Under the pieces are notes generated by a model. It ran no database searches. It saw only the letters and a list, made by a program, of their open reading frames with translations, and was not told the origin of the DNA. From positions 1 through 64,000 of the forward strand of contig CAKJXZ020000014.1 in the NCBI GenBank assembly GCA_918234285.1: 64,000 bases of DNA, written 5' to 3'. The position numbers were made by a program, and so were the translations under genes. Positions 9,049-19,737 of this stretch are shown piece after piece; positions within the stretch are counted from its first letter, which is position 1; each line of letters opens with the position of its first letter. Source of the stretch: Pseudomonadota bacterium. Its GTDB lineage: Bacteria; Pseudomonadota; Alphaproteobacteria; RF32; CAG-239.

Positions 9049-9261
9049 TTATTCGGCGGCGCAAGCACAATCTGCAGTGCCATAATCCAAGTGCGATACG
9101 GCCTTTTCTTCGGTAAAGCACTTACGGGAGTAATATTCTGACTTTTTACCTTTATTGAATTCGGAAACCGGACGATGATAACCCATTACGCGCGTCCAAA
9201 TTTCACACGGTTGGCGTTCGGCGTCGGTTAAAGCAATATCATTAAAGTTGATAACAGTCAT
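9049..9261 (-). CDS. Stand-alone C-terminal glycyl-radical domain of anaerobic (class III) ribonucleotide reductase
   Basis: CEIWTRVMGYHRPVSEFNKGKKSEY matches the NrdD C-terminal RVxGY motif; AAGGAG SD; NrdR boxes upstream. Confidence 0.85.
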   Translation of the reverse strand: MTVINFNDIALTDAERQPCEIWTRVMGYHRPVSEFNKGKKSEYYSRKCFTEEKAVSHLDYGTADCACAAE

Positions 9262-9310
9262 TTTTATTCTCCTTATTTAAGTGTTAAAATTGTTTCGCTG
9301 ATTCTGATGT

Positions 9311-9357
9311 ATACTATATATAGTGTTAACAAAAAGTAAATAAACAATATATAGTAT
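9311..9357. promoter_or_regulatory. Tandem NrdR boxes
   Basis: atactatatatagtgt (9311-9326) and aaacaatatatagtat (9342-9357) fit acaCwAtATaTwGtgt and lie 31 bp apart, upstream of an RNR-related gene. Confidence 0.85.
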
Positions 9358-9486
9358 TTAATATTTATGTGCATGAGTGAAAAATAATACTAAGATTCAT
9401 ATAGTTAGAAGCATAAAAAAATTTTTTGCTTTACTTTCTTTTTTTTTCCTTTTAGCTTTAAATTGTAGTGCAAAAAAAGCATTGCA

Positions 9487-9676
9487 GGGCGTCAGAAACC
9501 CTTTGAAAAACTCATTAGTCGTATGCATAGACGACTTAAATATTGTATGCCGACGTTTGTTCTTTGGGGACGGATGTCGGCTGAATAAGGCTATTCGGCC
9601 AAATAAGCCGAGCCGTTTTTTAATGAGTTTATCACGGTTTCTGAACATCCGCCCGCTTCTTTCGAAGTGGGTTTTT
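9487..9676 (+). ncRNA. Candidate structured leader or sRNA ending in a terminator hairpin upstream of the glycosyltransferase
   Basis: tcagaaacc/ggtttctga and aaactcatta/taatgagttt stems enclose 2-3 hairpins; cccgcttc/gaagtggg plus T5 follows. Confidence 0.4.
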
Positions 9677-9700
9677 AATTGCAAAAACGAGGATGTGAAG

Positions 9701-10741
9701 ATGAAAAAGATAAGCTATAAAGTCGGCAAAGTTTCGGAAGATGTCGGAGTCGTGTCAATTATTGTGCCGGTATATAATGCGGCAAAATTTCTGGATAGGA
9801 GCCTGCAAAGCCTGCAGAATCAAACGTATCCGTATTGGGAGGCGCTGTTGATTAATGACGGCTCGACGGATAATTCGTTGCAGATTTTGCAACAGTATGC
9901 CGCGTGCGACTCGCGATTTAAGGTAACAGATAAGCCAAACGGCGGAGTCGCATCGGCTCGCAATGTCGGTTTGGAGCAGGCAAGCGGCAGATATATCGCG
10001 TTTTTGGACCCAGACGATATGGTAAGCCCGCAGTTTTTGGATATCATGCTTAAAGTTATGCGGCAAAACGACTCGGATATGGTGTGGTGCAAACGGAAAA
10101 ATTGTACCGAAGAAGACGGTTTTGAAGTGTGTGAAACCTATCGCGATTATCAAGTGGTAAAAGCCGGTTATGCTCTTGATTATTTTATTGAGCGCCGCAA
10201 ACCGGGATTATCGATATCAATGTTCGGCAAATTATATAAGGCGGAAATATTACGCAATATGCGTTTTGATGCCTCGTTTCGGGTAATGGCAGAAGACTTT
10301 GAATTTTCTATGCGCAGTTTTGAGCGTTGCGGCAATACCGCCTGTGTTTGTCGCAAAATGGTGATTTATCGGCAAAACAGCGCCAGTTTGACCCATCGCC
10401 GGTTGTCTTATGATGCGGTTGACGATCATTTGCGATTGCTGCGTTTTACGGTATGGCATTTTAAGGACGCACTGCCGCGAAAGGCGCGGATAAAGCTGTG
10501 GAAACGCCTGATGCCGCTTGTTTTTCGCTATGTTTGCACCGTCCCCCGCAAGGAGTGCGAAAATTATGCCGACTATTGGCAAAAATATAGTGCAATCTGT
10601 CGGCAGATGGCCGAAGAAGGAACGTTTTTCCCGCAATATCTGCCGCTATTTCAGCGTTTTTTGTGTCGGATGTTTTTGGCTCAGAATTGGTCAAGGCTTA
10701 ATTTTTGGCTTAAGTTATATGAGCGGGTGAAACATCGATAA
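9701..10741 (+). CDS. Family 2 glycosyltransferase
   Basis: VSIIVPVYN, INDGSTD, NGGVASARNVGL, FLDPDD, ED motifs; start MKKISY at 9701 with GAGGA SD. Confidence 0.9.
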   Translation: MKKISYKVGKVSEDVGVVSIIVPVYNAAKFLDRSLQSLQNQTYPYWEALLINDGSTDNSLQILQQYAACDSRFKVTDKPNGGVASARNVGLEQASGRYIAFLDPDDMVSPQFLDIMLKVMRQNDSDMVWCKRKNCTEEDGFEVCETYRDYQVVKAGYALDYFIERRKPGLSISMFGKLYKAEILRNMRFDASFRVMAEDFEFSMRSFERCGNTACVCRKMVIYRQNSASLTHRRLSYDAVDDHLRLLRFTVWHFKDALPRKARIKLWKRLMPLVFRYVCTVPRKECENYADYWQKYSAICRQMAEEGTFFPQYLPLFQRFLCRMFLAQNWSRLNFWLKLYERVKHR

Positions 10742-10800
10742 AATATGCAGTATTGTCATCGAATACGGCTGAGTGATTTAAACATTTTACCGTCGGCGGA

Positions 10801-10828
10801 TTGCATTTGCAAAAATCGCTCCCTATAT
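10801..10828 (+). promoter_or_regulatory. Putative RpoH (sigma32)-type promoter of clpB
   Basis: TTGCAT-N15-CCTATAT resembles the alphaproteobacterial CTTGAA-N15/16-CCTATAT consensus, upstream of a heat-shock gene. Confidence 0.55.
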
Positions 10829-10853
10829 ACTTTGGTATAAGGAGTGTAAAAAG

Positions 10854-13385
10854 ATGAACTTAGAAAAATATACAGACAGAAGCCGCGGCTTTTTGGAAGA
10901 AGCTCAAAAGCTTGCGGTGCGGCGCAATAACCCTTATCTGCTTCCGGCACACTTGCTTAAAGTAATGCTCGAAGACAAGGAGGGAATGGCGACGCATTTA
11001 ATCGGGCAGGCCGGCGCCGATGTTAACGCGGTGCGGGCGGCAGTGGAACAGGAACTCGCCAAGCAACCGAGTGTCGAAGGACAGAATGTTCAGCTCAATA
11101 TGTCGCAAGATTTTATGCGTATGCTCGACTCGGCCGAACAAATGGCACAGAAAGCCAAAGATGCGTACGTCAGTGTCGAACGCTTATTGCAAGCCGCTTT
11201 AATGCAAAAAAATTACGGAGTTGATCCGCAACGGCTTAATCAGGCAATAAATCAGTTGCGTCAGGGACGGACGGCCGATTCGGCCACGGCAGAGGACGGC
11301 TTTCAGGCCCTGAAACGCTTTGCCGTTGATTTTACCGAGCGGGCGGCACAGGGCAAGAACGACCCGATTGTCGGGCGTGATGAGGAAATCCGTCGCACCA
11401 TTCAGGTGTTGTCGCGGCGCACCAAGAATAACCCGATTCTTATCGGTGAGCCTGGTGTCGGCAAAACCGCCATTGTCGAAGGTTTGGCACAACGTATTAT
11501 TAACGGCGATGTACCGGATTCTTTGGCACATAAGCGGCTGATGGCGCTTGATATGGGCGCGCTGATTGCCGGTGCCAAGTTTCGCGGCGAATTTGAGGAA
11601 CGCTTAAAGTCGGTGTTGCAGGAAGTGCAAGCCGCCAACGGGCAGGTGATTTTGTTTATCGATGAAATGCACACGGTGGTAGGGGCCGGTGCGGCCGAGG
11701 GCTCGATGGATGCGTCTAACCTCTTGAAACCGGCGTTGGCACGCGGCGAGTTGCATTGTATCGGTGCCACAACTTTGAAAGAATATCAGAAATACATTGA
11801 AAAAGATGCGGCATTCGCGCGGCGTTTTCAACCGGTGTATGTCGGCGAAACCGATGTGGAAGACACCGTGTCGATTTTGCGCGGCATCAAAGAAAAGTAT
11901 GAATTGCACCACGGTGTGCGCATTGCCGACTCGGCTTTGGTGGCGGCGGCAGTGATGTCGAATCGTTATATTTCCGACCGTTTTCTGCCGGATAAGGCCA
12001 TCGACTTGGTGGACGAGGCGGCGAGCAAGCTCAAAATGGCACTCGACTCCAAGCCGGAAGAACTTGATGAAATCGACCGCAAGCTGATTCAGCTCAAAAT
12101 CGAGCGCGAGGCTTTGCGTAAGGAGAGCGACGAGGCTTCGCAGGAGCGTTTGCAAAAAATTATGACAGATATTGCCGATTTGGAGAAGCAATCGGCGGAG
12201 AAAACCGAAGAGTGGAACGCGCGTAAAAGTAGTTTGAACGAAACCAATCTGTTGCGCGAAAAGTTGGACAGCGCCCGTATCCAGATGGAGCAAGCATTGC
12301 GCAACGGCGAATTTGAAAAGGCCGGCGAATTGCAATATAAGGAAATTCCGGAACTGGAAAAACGTCTGCAAAACATTCGCGAACAGAATAATATGCAGTC
12401 TTCCGTGGAAACGGTAACGCCGGATATGATTGCCTCGGTGGTTTCTAAATGGACCGGTATTCCGGTAGATAAACTGGTGGGGAGCGAGCGCGATAAGTTG
12501 CTGAATTTGGAAAATAATTTAGCCTTGCGCGTAGTCGGACAAGATCATGCCTTAAAGGCAGTAGCCAATGCCGTGCGACGTTCGCGTGCCGGCTTAAAGG
12601 ATCCGAATCGGCCGATAGGTTCGTTTTTGTTCTTGGGACCGACCGGTGTCGGCAAAACCGAGCTGGCAAAAGCTTTGGCCGAATTTTTGTTTGATGAAGA
12701 CAATGCCTATATCCGCATCGATATGTCGGAATATATGGAAAAGCATTCGGTGGCACGTCTAATCGGTGCACCTCCTGGCTATGTCGGCTATGACGAAGGC
12801 GGAGTTTTGACCGAAGCGGTCAGACGTCGGCCGTATCAGGTGATTTTGTTTGATGAGGTGGAAAAGGCGCACCCTGATGTGTTCAATCTGTTATTGCAGG
12901 TTTTGGACGAAGGGCGTTTGACCGACGGTAAAGGACGCACGGTTGATTTCAAAAACACGTTCATTATTCTGACTTCAAACCTGATAACCGAGCCGACAGA
13001 GGACTATATGCCGATTTTGCGGCAATATTTCAAGCCGGAGTTTTTGAATCGTCTGGATGAGATTCTGGTGTTCAATTCGCTTAAAAAAGAAGACATTCGC
13101 CGCATTTTGGATATTCAAATCGCGCGGTTGCAAAAGCGTTTGAGCGAGCGTCATATCGCCATCGAGCTTGACGATAAGGCGCATGATTGGTTTGCCGAAA
13201 ACGGTTATAGTCCGGAATTTGGGGCGCGGCCGTTGAAGCGCACAATTGTACAGGAACTGGAAAATCCGCTGTCGATTATGTTGCTTGACGGCGAAATCGG
13301 TGACGGAGCCACGGTAAAAGTGACAACAGATGCCGATAATCACATTGTGCTGAAAAACACGGTCAAGGATATTAAATATAATTAA
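10854..13385 (+). CDS. clpB: ATP-dependent chaperone ClpB
   Basis: Two AAA+ modules ([16 protein letters not shown]), [10 protein letters not shown], coiled-coil M domain, GAPPGYVGY. Confidence 0.97.
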   Translation: MNLEKYTDRSRGFLEEAQKLAVRRNNPYLLPAHLLKVMLEDKEGMATHLIGQAGADVNAVRAAVEQELAKQPSVEGQNVQLNMSQDFMRMLDSAEQMAQKAKDAYVSVERLLQAALMQKNYGVDPQRLNQAINQLRQGRTADSATAEDGFQALKRFAVDFTERAAQGKNDPIVGRDEEIRRTIQVLSRRTKNNPILIGEPGVGKTAIVEGLAQRIINGDVPDSLAHKRLMALDMGALIAGAKFRGEFEERLKSVLQEVQAANGQVILFIDEMHTVVGAGAAEGSMDASNLLKPALARGELHCIGATTLKEYQKYIEKDAAFARRFQPVYVGETDVEDTVSILRGIKEKYELHHGVRIADSALVAAAVMSNRYISDRFLPDKAIDLVDEAASKLKMALDSKPEELDEIDRKLIQLKIEREALRKESDEASQERLQKIMTDIADLEKQSAEKTEEWNARKSSLNETNLLREKLDSARIQMEQALRNGEFEKAGELQYKEIPELEKRLQNIREQNNMQSSVETVTPDMIASVVSKWTGIPVDKLVGSERDKLLNLENNLALRVVGQDHALKAVANAVRRSRAGLKDPNRPIGSFLFLGPTGVGKTELAKALAEFLFDEDNAYIRIDMSEYMEKHSVARLIGAPPGYVGYDEGGVLTEAVRRRPYQVILFDEVEKAHPDVFNLLLQVLDEGRLTDGKGRTVDFKNTFIILTSNLITEPTEDYMPILRQYFKPEFLNRLDEILVFNSLKKEDIRRILDIQIARLQKRLSERHIAIELDDKAHDWFAENGYSPEFGARPLKRTIVQELENPLSIMLLDGEIGDGATVKVTTDADNHIVLKNTVKDIKYN

Positions 13386-13401
13386 GCACGGCATAGTGCG
13401 C

Positions 13402-13436
13402 AAAAAAGGCGGAAGATTTATTCTCCCGCCTTTTTT
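13402..13436. terminator. Bidirectional terminator between clpB and nagB
   Basis: aaaaaaggcgg...ccgcctttttt. Confidence 0.8.
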
Positions 13437-13445
13437 GTAAGGTGT

Positions 13446-14237
13446 TTAGAATTTATTTTTATCAATTTCTTTGAAATAGGCGACCGTCTCGCTTTCCAAT
13501 TTGACGGTGGCGGCATCGTCGCAAGCAATAATGCCGTGCGGGTGCTGTTGTAATATGCTTATCGGCCAAGCATGAGTTATGCCGCCCTCAATGGCGTTTT
13601 TAAGCGCATTTGCCTTTTCGGCGCCGGTAGCCATAATCATCACTTCTTCGGCATCCATCAGAGTGGAGATGCCGATGGTCAAAACCAACGGCGGCACTTT
13701 GGAGATGTCATTATCAAAAAAGCGGGAATTGGCTTTTAAAGTGCTCGGAGTCAGCATTTTAGCGCGAGTGCGGGAGCACAGCGAAGAATACGGCTCGTTA
13801 AAGGCAATATGGCCGTCAACGCCGACACCGCCTATAAACAGATTGACGCCGCCGTATTTTTTGATGTTGGCTTCGTAAGCAGCACATTCTTTGGCATAAT
13901 CTTTGGTCAGACCGTCGAGAAAATAAACGTGTTCTTTTTTGATATTGATGTATTTAAGGAATTTATCCCATAAATAATATTGAAAACCGCGCTCATCGCC
14001 GGCTCCGATGCCGATATACTCGCCCATACCGAAAAATACGACGTTTTCAAAGGAGACTTTGCCTTCTTTATAATATTGTGCCAGGTGTTTGAACATACCG
14101 AGCGGAGTTGAGCCTGACGGCAAACCCAGTACAAACAGACGCTTTGGCGAAGGACGATGCTTGTTGATGCGATAGACCACATAATCGGCAGCCCAACGTG
14201 AAAGTTCTTCATAATCTTTTTTGATGACAACACGCAT
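13446..14237 (-). CDS. nagB: Glucosamine-6-phosphate deaminase
   Basis: FVLGLPSGSTP, GGVGVDGHIAFNEP, ANSRFF, LQQHP. Confidence 0.93.
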   Translation of the reverse strand: MRVVIKKDYEELSRWAADYVVYRINKHRPSPKRLFVLGLPSGSTPLGMFKHLAQYYKEGKVSFENVVFFGMGEYIGIGAGDERGFQYYLWDKFLKYINIKKEHVYFLDGLTKDYAKECAAYEANIKKYGGVNLFIGGVGVDGHIAFNEPYSSLCSRTRAKMLTPSTLKANSRFFDNDISKVPPLVLTIGISTLMDAEEVMIMATGAEKANALKNAIEGGITHAWPISILQQHPHGIIACDDAATVKLESETVAYFKEIDKNKF

Positions 14238-14251
14238 TGTAATTCTCCTTA

Positions 14252-14461
14252 TTAATAGTGCGGCGGCGGGGTTTCTTCGGCCAAAGGTTTAACCACATCC
14301 TGATTGATATTATTTTTCAGCCACTCGTTTTGTTTTTGTAAATGGCTGATTATTTTGCCTTGTTTAATCAGCATTTCACTCAAATCATCAATGGCTTTTT
14401 GCTGATTATCGAGAGCCATTTCAATATCGACAAGGCGTTCCATTATTTCTTGTTCGTGCAT
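14252..14461 (-). CDS. slyX: SlyX family protein
   Basis: 69-aa coiled coil ending ETPPPHY. Confidence 0.88.
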   Translation of the reverse strand: MHEQEIMERLVDIEMALDNQQKAIDDLSEMLIKQGKIISHLQKQNEWLKNNINQDVVKPLAEETPPPHY

Positions 14462-16638
14462 TATTTATTCTCCGGGTTGGAAATCGGCATTTTGTTGACA
14501 TATTCAGAAATTTTATCTTCGTCGACAATACCGATATTCAATGTTTTCAGTCGGTTGATAAGGTGTATTCTCTCGTCCTCGGAGAGTTCTTCTTTATTGC
14601 CGTCGGCGTCGGTACGTGTAAATTTTATACCGTAACCGTCTTCGGACACTTCTAAAGTAATGCGACCTTTTTCATCGTATTCGCGATATTCGTTGCCGGA
14701 CCAGGCACCGTTTTTGAGCATTTTTTCGGTTTTTTTATTACCGTTGGGATAATATGTAGTCAGCATTCCGTTGATTTTATCGTTTTTGTAAAACATGGTA
14801 AAAGCGATTTTGCCGTCTTCATAATATCCCGTAACTTTGCCATCGGCAACACCGTTGACAAAAGGTACCTGCATCAAAAGTTTTCCGCTGTCATAATAGT
14901 TGGAAATCACGCCGTCAATCACCCCTTTATCATATTTGATTTGCGTGATGAGACCGCCTTTTTCGTTATATTCTTTATACACACCGTTATAGACACCGTG
15001 CGACATATCGACTTCGGTATGAACGTTGCCGCTTTGCGGATAGTAGGTTTTCATCGGGCCGTCAGGCTCTCCTTTAACATAATTCAGTTCTGCTTGCAGA
15101 GAGCCGTCCGGATTAAAAACCGTCAATTTGCCGGTCAGATTTTCCTTAACCGCTTTACCGTCGGCATTATAATAAAGCTCAGATGGCTGTTTGCCGGCAG
15201 TAGGGGTTTCCAATTTATACTTAACTTTGCCGGAAGGATAATAACCGGTGACTTTTCCCTGATAAACGCCGTCGTCGTATGCCACCTCTTGCATAATGTT
15301 ACCGGATTTATCCAAATCTTCGATAATCCCTGATATCTTGCCGTCGCGATACGGGATAATCGTACCAATCTGTTTACCGCCTTTTTGATAAAGACGCGCT
15401 TTGCCGTTGACAATATTCTCAAGGTATTGTGCTTCAAAGATTTTTTGCCCGTTGATGTCGTAGTTGACAACAAAATTACTGAGTTGTCCGTCTGAGAAAA
15501 CCATAGTACGTTTGGTTTTACCGTTTTCGTAAAACTCGGTGGCGGGGCCGTCAAGTTCGCCATGGCGATATAAATAATCGTGTTTCAATCTGCCGTTTTC
15601 GTAGTATTCCAGCTCATGACCTTCCATCAGCCCGTCAACAAATTCGGCCTCGGCCATTTTTACGCCGTTTTCGTAATAACGTATGGTTTTGCCGGTTATT
15701 TTGCCGGATTTATACGGAATTACGGCATAAGGTTTACCGTTGGGGTAGTTGAGGGTGAGAGGGCCGTCGACAATATCGTCAACATAATTTGCCGAAGTCA
15801 GCAGAACCCCTTTATCGTTGTATTTTTTGTATTCTCCTTGTTTAAGACCGTTAACGAAATTGTATTGTTCCCGGATTTTGCCGTTTGGCCAATAGGTTGT
15901 GGCAATACCGTTTATTCTGCCCTTTTGGTATTCGGCACTTGCAATCAGTACACCTTGTTCGCTGTAGGTGCGTTGCGGTCCCTCCAGTCGGTCGTTTATG
16001 TATTGCGAAGTCTGGAATAATTCGCCGTTTTCATAAAAGAGTTGCTCCAGTCCGTCTTCTTTGCCGTGCGAAAATGAGGTTTCGCGGCGAATTTTGCGGT
16101 TTTCGTAAAATTCCTGCATTTTGCCGTGTAATCGGCCGTCTTCGTCAAAATAGAATATGGCTTTAACTTTTCCGCTCGGATAATAGGCGGTCTCTTTTTC
16201 GTGTTGCTTATTGTTGATGAAGGTGGTTTCGCTGACCAGAATTCCGTCCTTATCATAAGATTTGGCCGGTCCGTTCAGCATATCGTCGGCATACGTGTAT
16301 ATTTTTTCGAGCTGACCGTTTTTGTAATAGGTTTTGGTTTCGCCTTCGCGTTTGCCGTGGATATAGTTGACCTCGGAACGTAAAGTGCCGTCGGCATAAT
16401 AATTGAAGGCCTTGCCGTTGCGTTCTCCGTTAACATAATTGGTTTCACTGCGGATTGCCCCGTTGGAGAAGTAGGTTTTTTCCACTCCGTCGGCATGTTT
16501 GACGGTGTAGCTGTTATGGGTGTCCAGAGCTTCTTTTTGAATTTGTTCGTGGTCAATTCTCGGATGCCAATCCGTTTTCACGACGATGAAAAATACTGCC
16601 ATTACGGCAATTAATGTGAGCAGACGACCTTTGTTCAT
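14461..16638 (-). CDS. Membrane-anchored MORN-variant repeat protein (YwqK-like)
   Basis: N-terminal TM helix, then many YYxNGxxxxExxYxxGxxxG repeats; start MNKGRLL at 16638 with GGAGA SD. Confidence 0.85.
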   Translation of the reverse strand: MNKGRLLTLIAVMAVFFIVVKTDWHPRIDHEQIQKEALDTHNSYTVKHADGVEKTYFSNGAIRSETNYVNGERNGKAFNYYADGTLRSEVNYIHGKREGETKTYYKNGQLEKIYTYADDMLNGPAKSYDKDGILVSETTFINNKQHEKETAYYPSGKVKAIFYFDEDGRLHGKMQEFYENRKIRRETSFSHGKEDGLEQLFYENGELFQTSQYINDRLEGPQRTYSEQGVLIASAEYQKGRINGIATTYWPNGKIREQYNFVNGLKQGEYKKYNDKGVLLTSANYVDDIVDGPLTLNYPNGKPYAVIPYKSGKITGKTIRYYENGVKMAEAEFVDGLMEGHELEYYENGRLKHDYLYRHGELDGPATEFYENGKTKRTMVFSDGQLSNFVVNYDINGQKIFEAQYLENIVNGKARLYQKGGKQIGTIIPYRDGKISGIIEDLDKSGNIMQEVAYDDGVYQGKVTGYYPSGKVKYKLETPTAGKQPSELYYNADGKAVKENLTGKLTVFNPDGSLQAELNYVKGEPDGPMKTYYPQSGNVHTEVDMSHGVYNGVYKEYNEKGGLITQIKYDKGVIDGVISNYYDSGKLLMQVPFVNGVADGKVTGYYEDGKIAFTMFYKNDKINGMLTTYYPNGNKKTEKMLKNGAWSGNEYREYDEKGRITLEVSEDGYGIKFTRTDADGNKEELSEDERIHLINRLKTLNIGIVDEDKISEYVNKMPISNPENK

Positions 16639-16744
16639 AATTCTTCTCCGTTGCAACTGCGAGTAATCGGTTTGTGATGAAGTTAGCACGTATTTTTATA
16701 TTCTTCAAGCGCTTTAATGCAAATTAACAGCCCAACGAAGGATT

Positions 16745-18121
16745 TTAACGATGGTCGGAAATCAAGGCGCTGATTACGGCCGGCAAAGTTTCCGGGTTTT
16801 CTTTTTTGAGGGTTTGATAAACTTTGAGTTCGCTGTTGCTCAGCGGGGTGGCAATTCCGTATGTTTGGTAGAAACGAGCGCTTTCTTCTTTCATTTCTTT
16901 GGCCTTGGCTTCCAGTCCCTGCGCCTGATAATATTCGGATAATTTTTGTTGGGCATTGGCAATTTGTTCGGAATAAAGAATGCGGTCACCGATATCCAAA
17001 ACTGTTTGATAAGCTATCATGGCTTTGCTTTTGGTATCTTCAAGCATATAAACATCGCCGAGGCGGCTCCATGCCGTAACATTCTTAGGTGAAAGTTCGG
17101 TCGCCAGTTCAAAAGAATTATGTGCCAATTCCAAATCGCCGAGTTTGGCAATATTACCCATGAGGCAAGCAATATTGGCAGCCATTGCATAAGTCAGATT
17201 GCGGATAATTCCGCTTTCTTTTTCGGCCTTTTGCATTTGCGAATTGAGTAAAGACTGCAATAAAATCAAACACGAAGAAGAATCGCCGTTAGATAGGTCA
17301 ATCATTGCGGCAACCGGCGTCGGAAGCGGTTGTTTTTGCGGCGGCAGATTAAATTTACCGGATTTGCACAGATCAATGAATTTGTTGATGGCGGAAACGA
17401 TTTGAATAATATCTTCTTCCGACATTTGGGTTTTGTTGTGGTAATACAGGGACTGAGCGATTTTCTGCTCGGTGACGCCGTGGCCGAGCATACCCAAGAC
17501 GACGGCCACCGGGTTATCCGGTGTATCATCGATTTCTTCTTTTGTTTCCGGCTCGATATCTACATTCTTTTTATTTCCGCGTGTTTTCTTAATGGCGGAA
17601 ATTTGCTGTTCTTCGAGCATTTTACGGCGGCGCTGACTTTCTTGAGCGTGCTTTTGCATTTTTCTTTTCAGTTCAAGATAATCCTGTTCCAAATGCAAAT
17701 AATCGGCGGTTTGTTGCGAGGCCAGAATCAAGTCGGCGGAAAGTTTTTGGTCTTCCTGCAACTTTTCAAATTCCTCACTGTCGAAAACTTGCATGAAATC
17801 TGCATCGTTATCGTTGGCTAAGGTTAATTCCGGTTCTTCAACGGTATAAAACAACCCGTCCGGTTCGGCATTTGCGTCTTCCATTTCGGCGCGGCCGGCA
17901 CTGAAGGTATCAAGCAGTGATTTGATGTAGATTATAATGATAATCAGCAAAAAGAGAAAAAATAAGAACAGTACTATAAAGCCGTTGGGGCCGAACTCTG
18001 CCATAACCAGCTCGTGAATATGATTATAGCGAGCATAAAACTGCGAAATAAGGTTATGCCATTCAGCTTCGGGCGGAAGTTGAAACAAAGCTATTCGGTT
18101 TATTAATTCCATATTAAGCAT
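16745..18121 (-). CDS. Membrane protein with C-terminal TPR-like repeats
   Basis: TM segment near the N-terminus; ATELSPKNVTAWSRLGDVY TPR pattern. Confidence 0.7.
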   Translation of the reverse strand: MLNMELINRIALFQLPPEAEWHNLISQFYARYNHIHELVMAEFGPNGFIVLFLFFLFLLIIIIIYIKSLLDTFSAGRAEMEDANAEPDGLFYTVEEPELTLANDNDADFMQVFDSEEFEKLQEDQKLSADLILASQQTADYLHLEQDYLELKRKMQKHAQESQRRRKMLEEQQISAIKKTRGNKKNVDIEPETKEEIDDTPDNPVAVVLGMLGHGVTEQKIAQSLYYHNKTQMSEEDIIQIVSAINKFIDLCKSGKFNLPPQKQPLPTPVAAMIDLSNGDSSSCLILLQSLLNSQMQKAEKESGIIRNLTYAMAANIACLMGNIAKLGDLELAHNSFELATELSPKNVTAWSRLGDVYMLEDTKSKAMIAYQTVLDIGDRILYSEQIANAQQKLSEYYQAQGLEAKAKEMKEESARFYQTYGIATPLSNSELKVYQTLKKENPETLPAVISALISDHR

Positions 18122-18185
18122 AAAAATGACTACCTTAAATCTTTTATAACTTCAATTTATACAATTCATATCCAAAAGTAAAGAA

Positions 18186-19670
18186 TTATCTCTCAGCCCT
18201 GTGCTTTTCAATCAGCGCTACCAATTCGTTGTCGCCGGTTTCTTTGGCATACTCCAAGGCAATCTGCCAATTTGAGGCCGCGTTATCGGTGTAATCGGTA
18301 AGTTCGTCAATTAATGCCAAATTAGCATAATCGGCGGCCAAACCCTCGCAGCGGCGGTGGCTTTGTTCCAGATGCAAGGATTGCTGAAACAGAACTTTGG
18401 CGCGCTGTAAATCCTTTTTTTGCAAATAAATCAGACCGAGCAAACTGTAAGCATTGGCAGTATGGAAACTGTTCGGGTGAGCCCGATTGATTTGCAGAAT
18501 TTTGCGCAATTTTTTCTCGGCTGCGTTATAACTGCGCATTTTGTATTGCGCTTCCGCTGCCAAGTACAAACATTCGGCTGCAGCAGAAAAATTCTTTTGT
18601 TTTAGATACAGATTACAGGCTTCTTCGGCGGCTGTCACCGTGAGGCGATGCTGCTTTTTCTGGAAGTGAATATGGGCAAAAAGCTGCAGCGAAAAAGCGG
18701 TGCCATACTGATTTTTAAGCTGCTTTTGCATTTCAAGCGCCTGTTTAATATAGTCGGTAGCCGCCGCGGGATTGTTTTGTGCCAATTTAAGCAAAGCAAG
18801 TTGATTTAATATATCGGCATGTAATTGCGTCGTAACGGGGAGTTGCAGAGCCTTCCGATATTCGTCATCGGCTTCCTCAAAACGATTTTCAAATACCATC
18901 AGCATTCCCTTGGCTGTACGGGCTTTGGCCAAAAAGAGAGGAGCGTTTTGGGTTTGATAAATCTTGAGGGCAGAATCAATCATGGTTTGAGCAATATCAT
19001 TAACGCAGCTTATGCGGTAAATTTCAGCCAATATCAGATGGCAGGCCGCGGTTTCCATGGCAAATTGCTTTTTTTGAAAAAATTTGAGCGCAGCCGAAGC
19101 GTTTTGTGAAGCCGAGAGCATATCACCTTCGTGTAAATAAGCATAAGCCGCAATCGCTTTGAAATATGCCTGTGCGGTACGGTCGTACTGCGATAAGAGC
19201 GGATTTATCTTTTCTACGGCTGAGAGCAGAGTACGTCGGTCATGCACCAAATGTGCCGTCAGCGGAATATATACGCCGTATTTGCGGTCGGTAATTTGCG
19301 GAATATGCCGACGTTTGATTTGTTTACTGGCCTCGTTGATATCGGAGTGTGCATGCAACAACAAAGACAGAGCCGGATGTTTTATTTGCAGGTAAGCTAC
19401 GGCCGGCGCGGTGTTACCACCGATTAGCGCGCGGAGGGAAGCGTGGGCTTTTGCCTCAGCAGAAAAAAATAAAACTCTCACCGATTTGTTCAGAATATCG
19501 GCCGAAAACAGCAGATTTTGATTGCTTTGCTGTTGACGTTTCAAAATATTTATTCGCACCAGATTTTGCAAAAAACGCAAGCGTATATGCAGACGCCATA
19601 TGAGCGCCGGCAGCAAAATCACACAAACGAGCAGAAAAGATATAACCCATTCAAAATATTTTTCCGACAT
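18186..19670 (-). CDS. TPR repeat protein with N-terminal membrane anchor
   Basis: Repeated A..L..LG/A..Y..AL helical pattern. Confidence 0.75.
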   Translation of the reverse strand: MSEKYFEWVISFLLVCVILLPALIWRLHIRLRFLQNLVRINILKRQQQSNQNLLFSADILNKSVRVLFFSAEAKAHASLRALIGGNTAPAVAYLQIKHPALSLLLHAHSDINEASKQIKRRHIPQITDRKYGVYIPLTAHLVHDRRTLLSAVEKINPLLSQYDRTAQAYFKAIAAYAYLHEGDMLSASQNASAALKFFQKKQFAMETAACHLILAEIYRISCVNDIAQTMIDSALKIYQTQNAPLFLAKARTAKGMLMVFENRFEEADDEYRKALQLPVTTQLHADILNQLALLKLAQNNPAAATDYIKQALEMQKQLKNQYGTAFSLQLFAHIHFQKKQHRLTVTAAEEACNLYLKQKNFSAAAECLYLAAEAQYKMRSYNAAEKKLRKILQINRAHPNSFHTANAYSLLGLIYLQKKDLQRAKVLFQQSLHLEQSHRRCEGLAADYANLALIDELTDYTDNAASNWQIALEYAKETGDNELVALIEKHRAER

Positions 19671-19737
19671 TTACCCTCTGTTAGCATTTTAAGACTATAT
19701 TATCTATAATTGTTCATTATATAAGGGTTATTTTAAA

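Noticed and set aside
9377-9700. N-terminal extension of the glycosyltransferase
   Set aside because: It runs through T-tracts and RNA-like hairpins. ATG 9701 has an SD and lies just before the GT2 domain.
14461-16638. YwqK-like protein as part of a toxin-antitoxin pair
   Set aside because: It is a membrane-anchored MORN-variant repeat protein in an operon with slyX and nagB, with no adjacent toxin.
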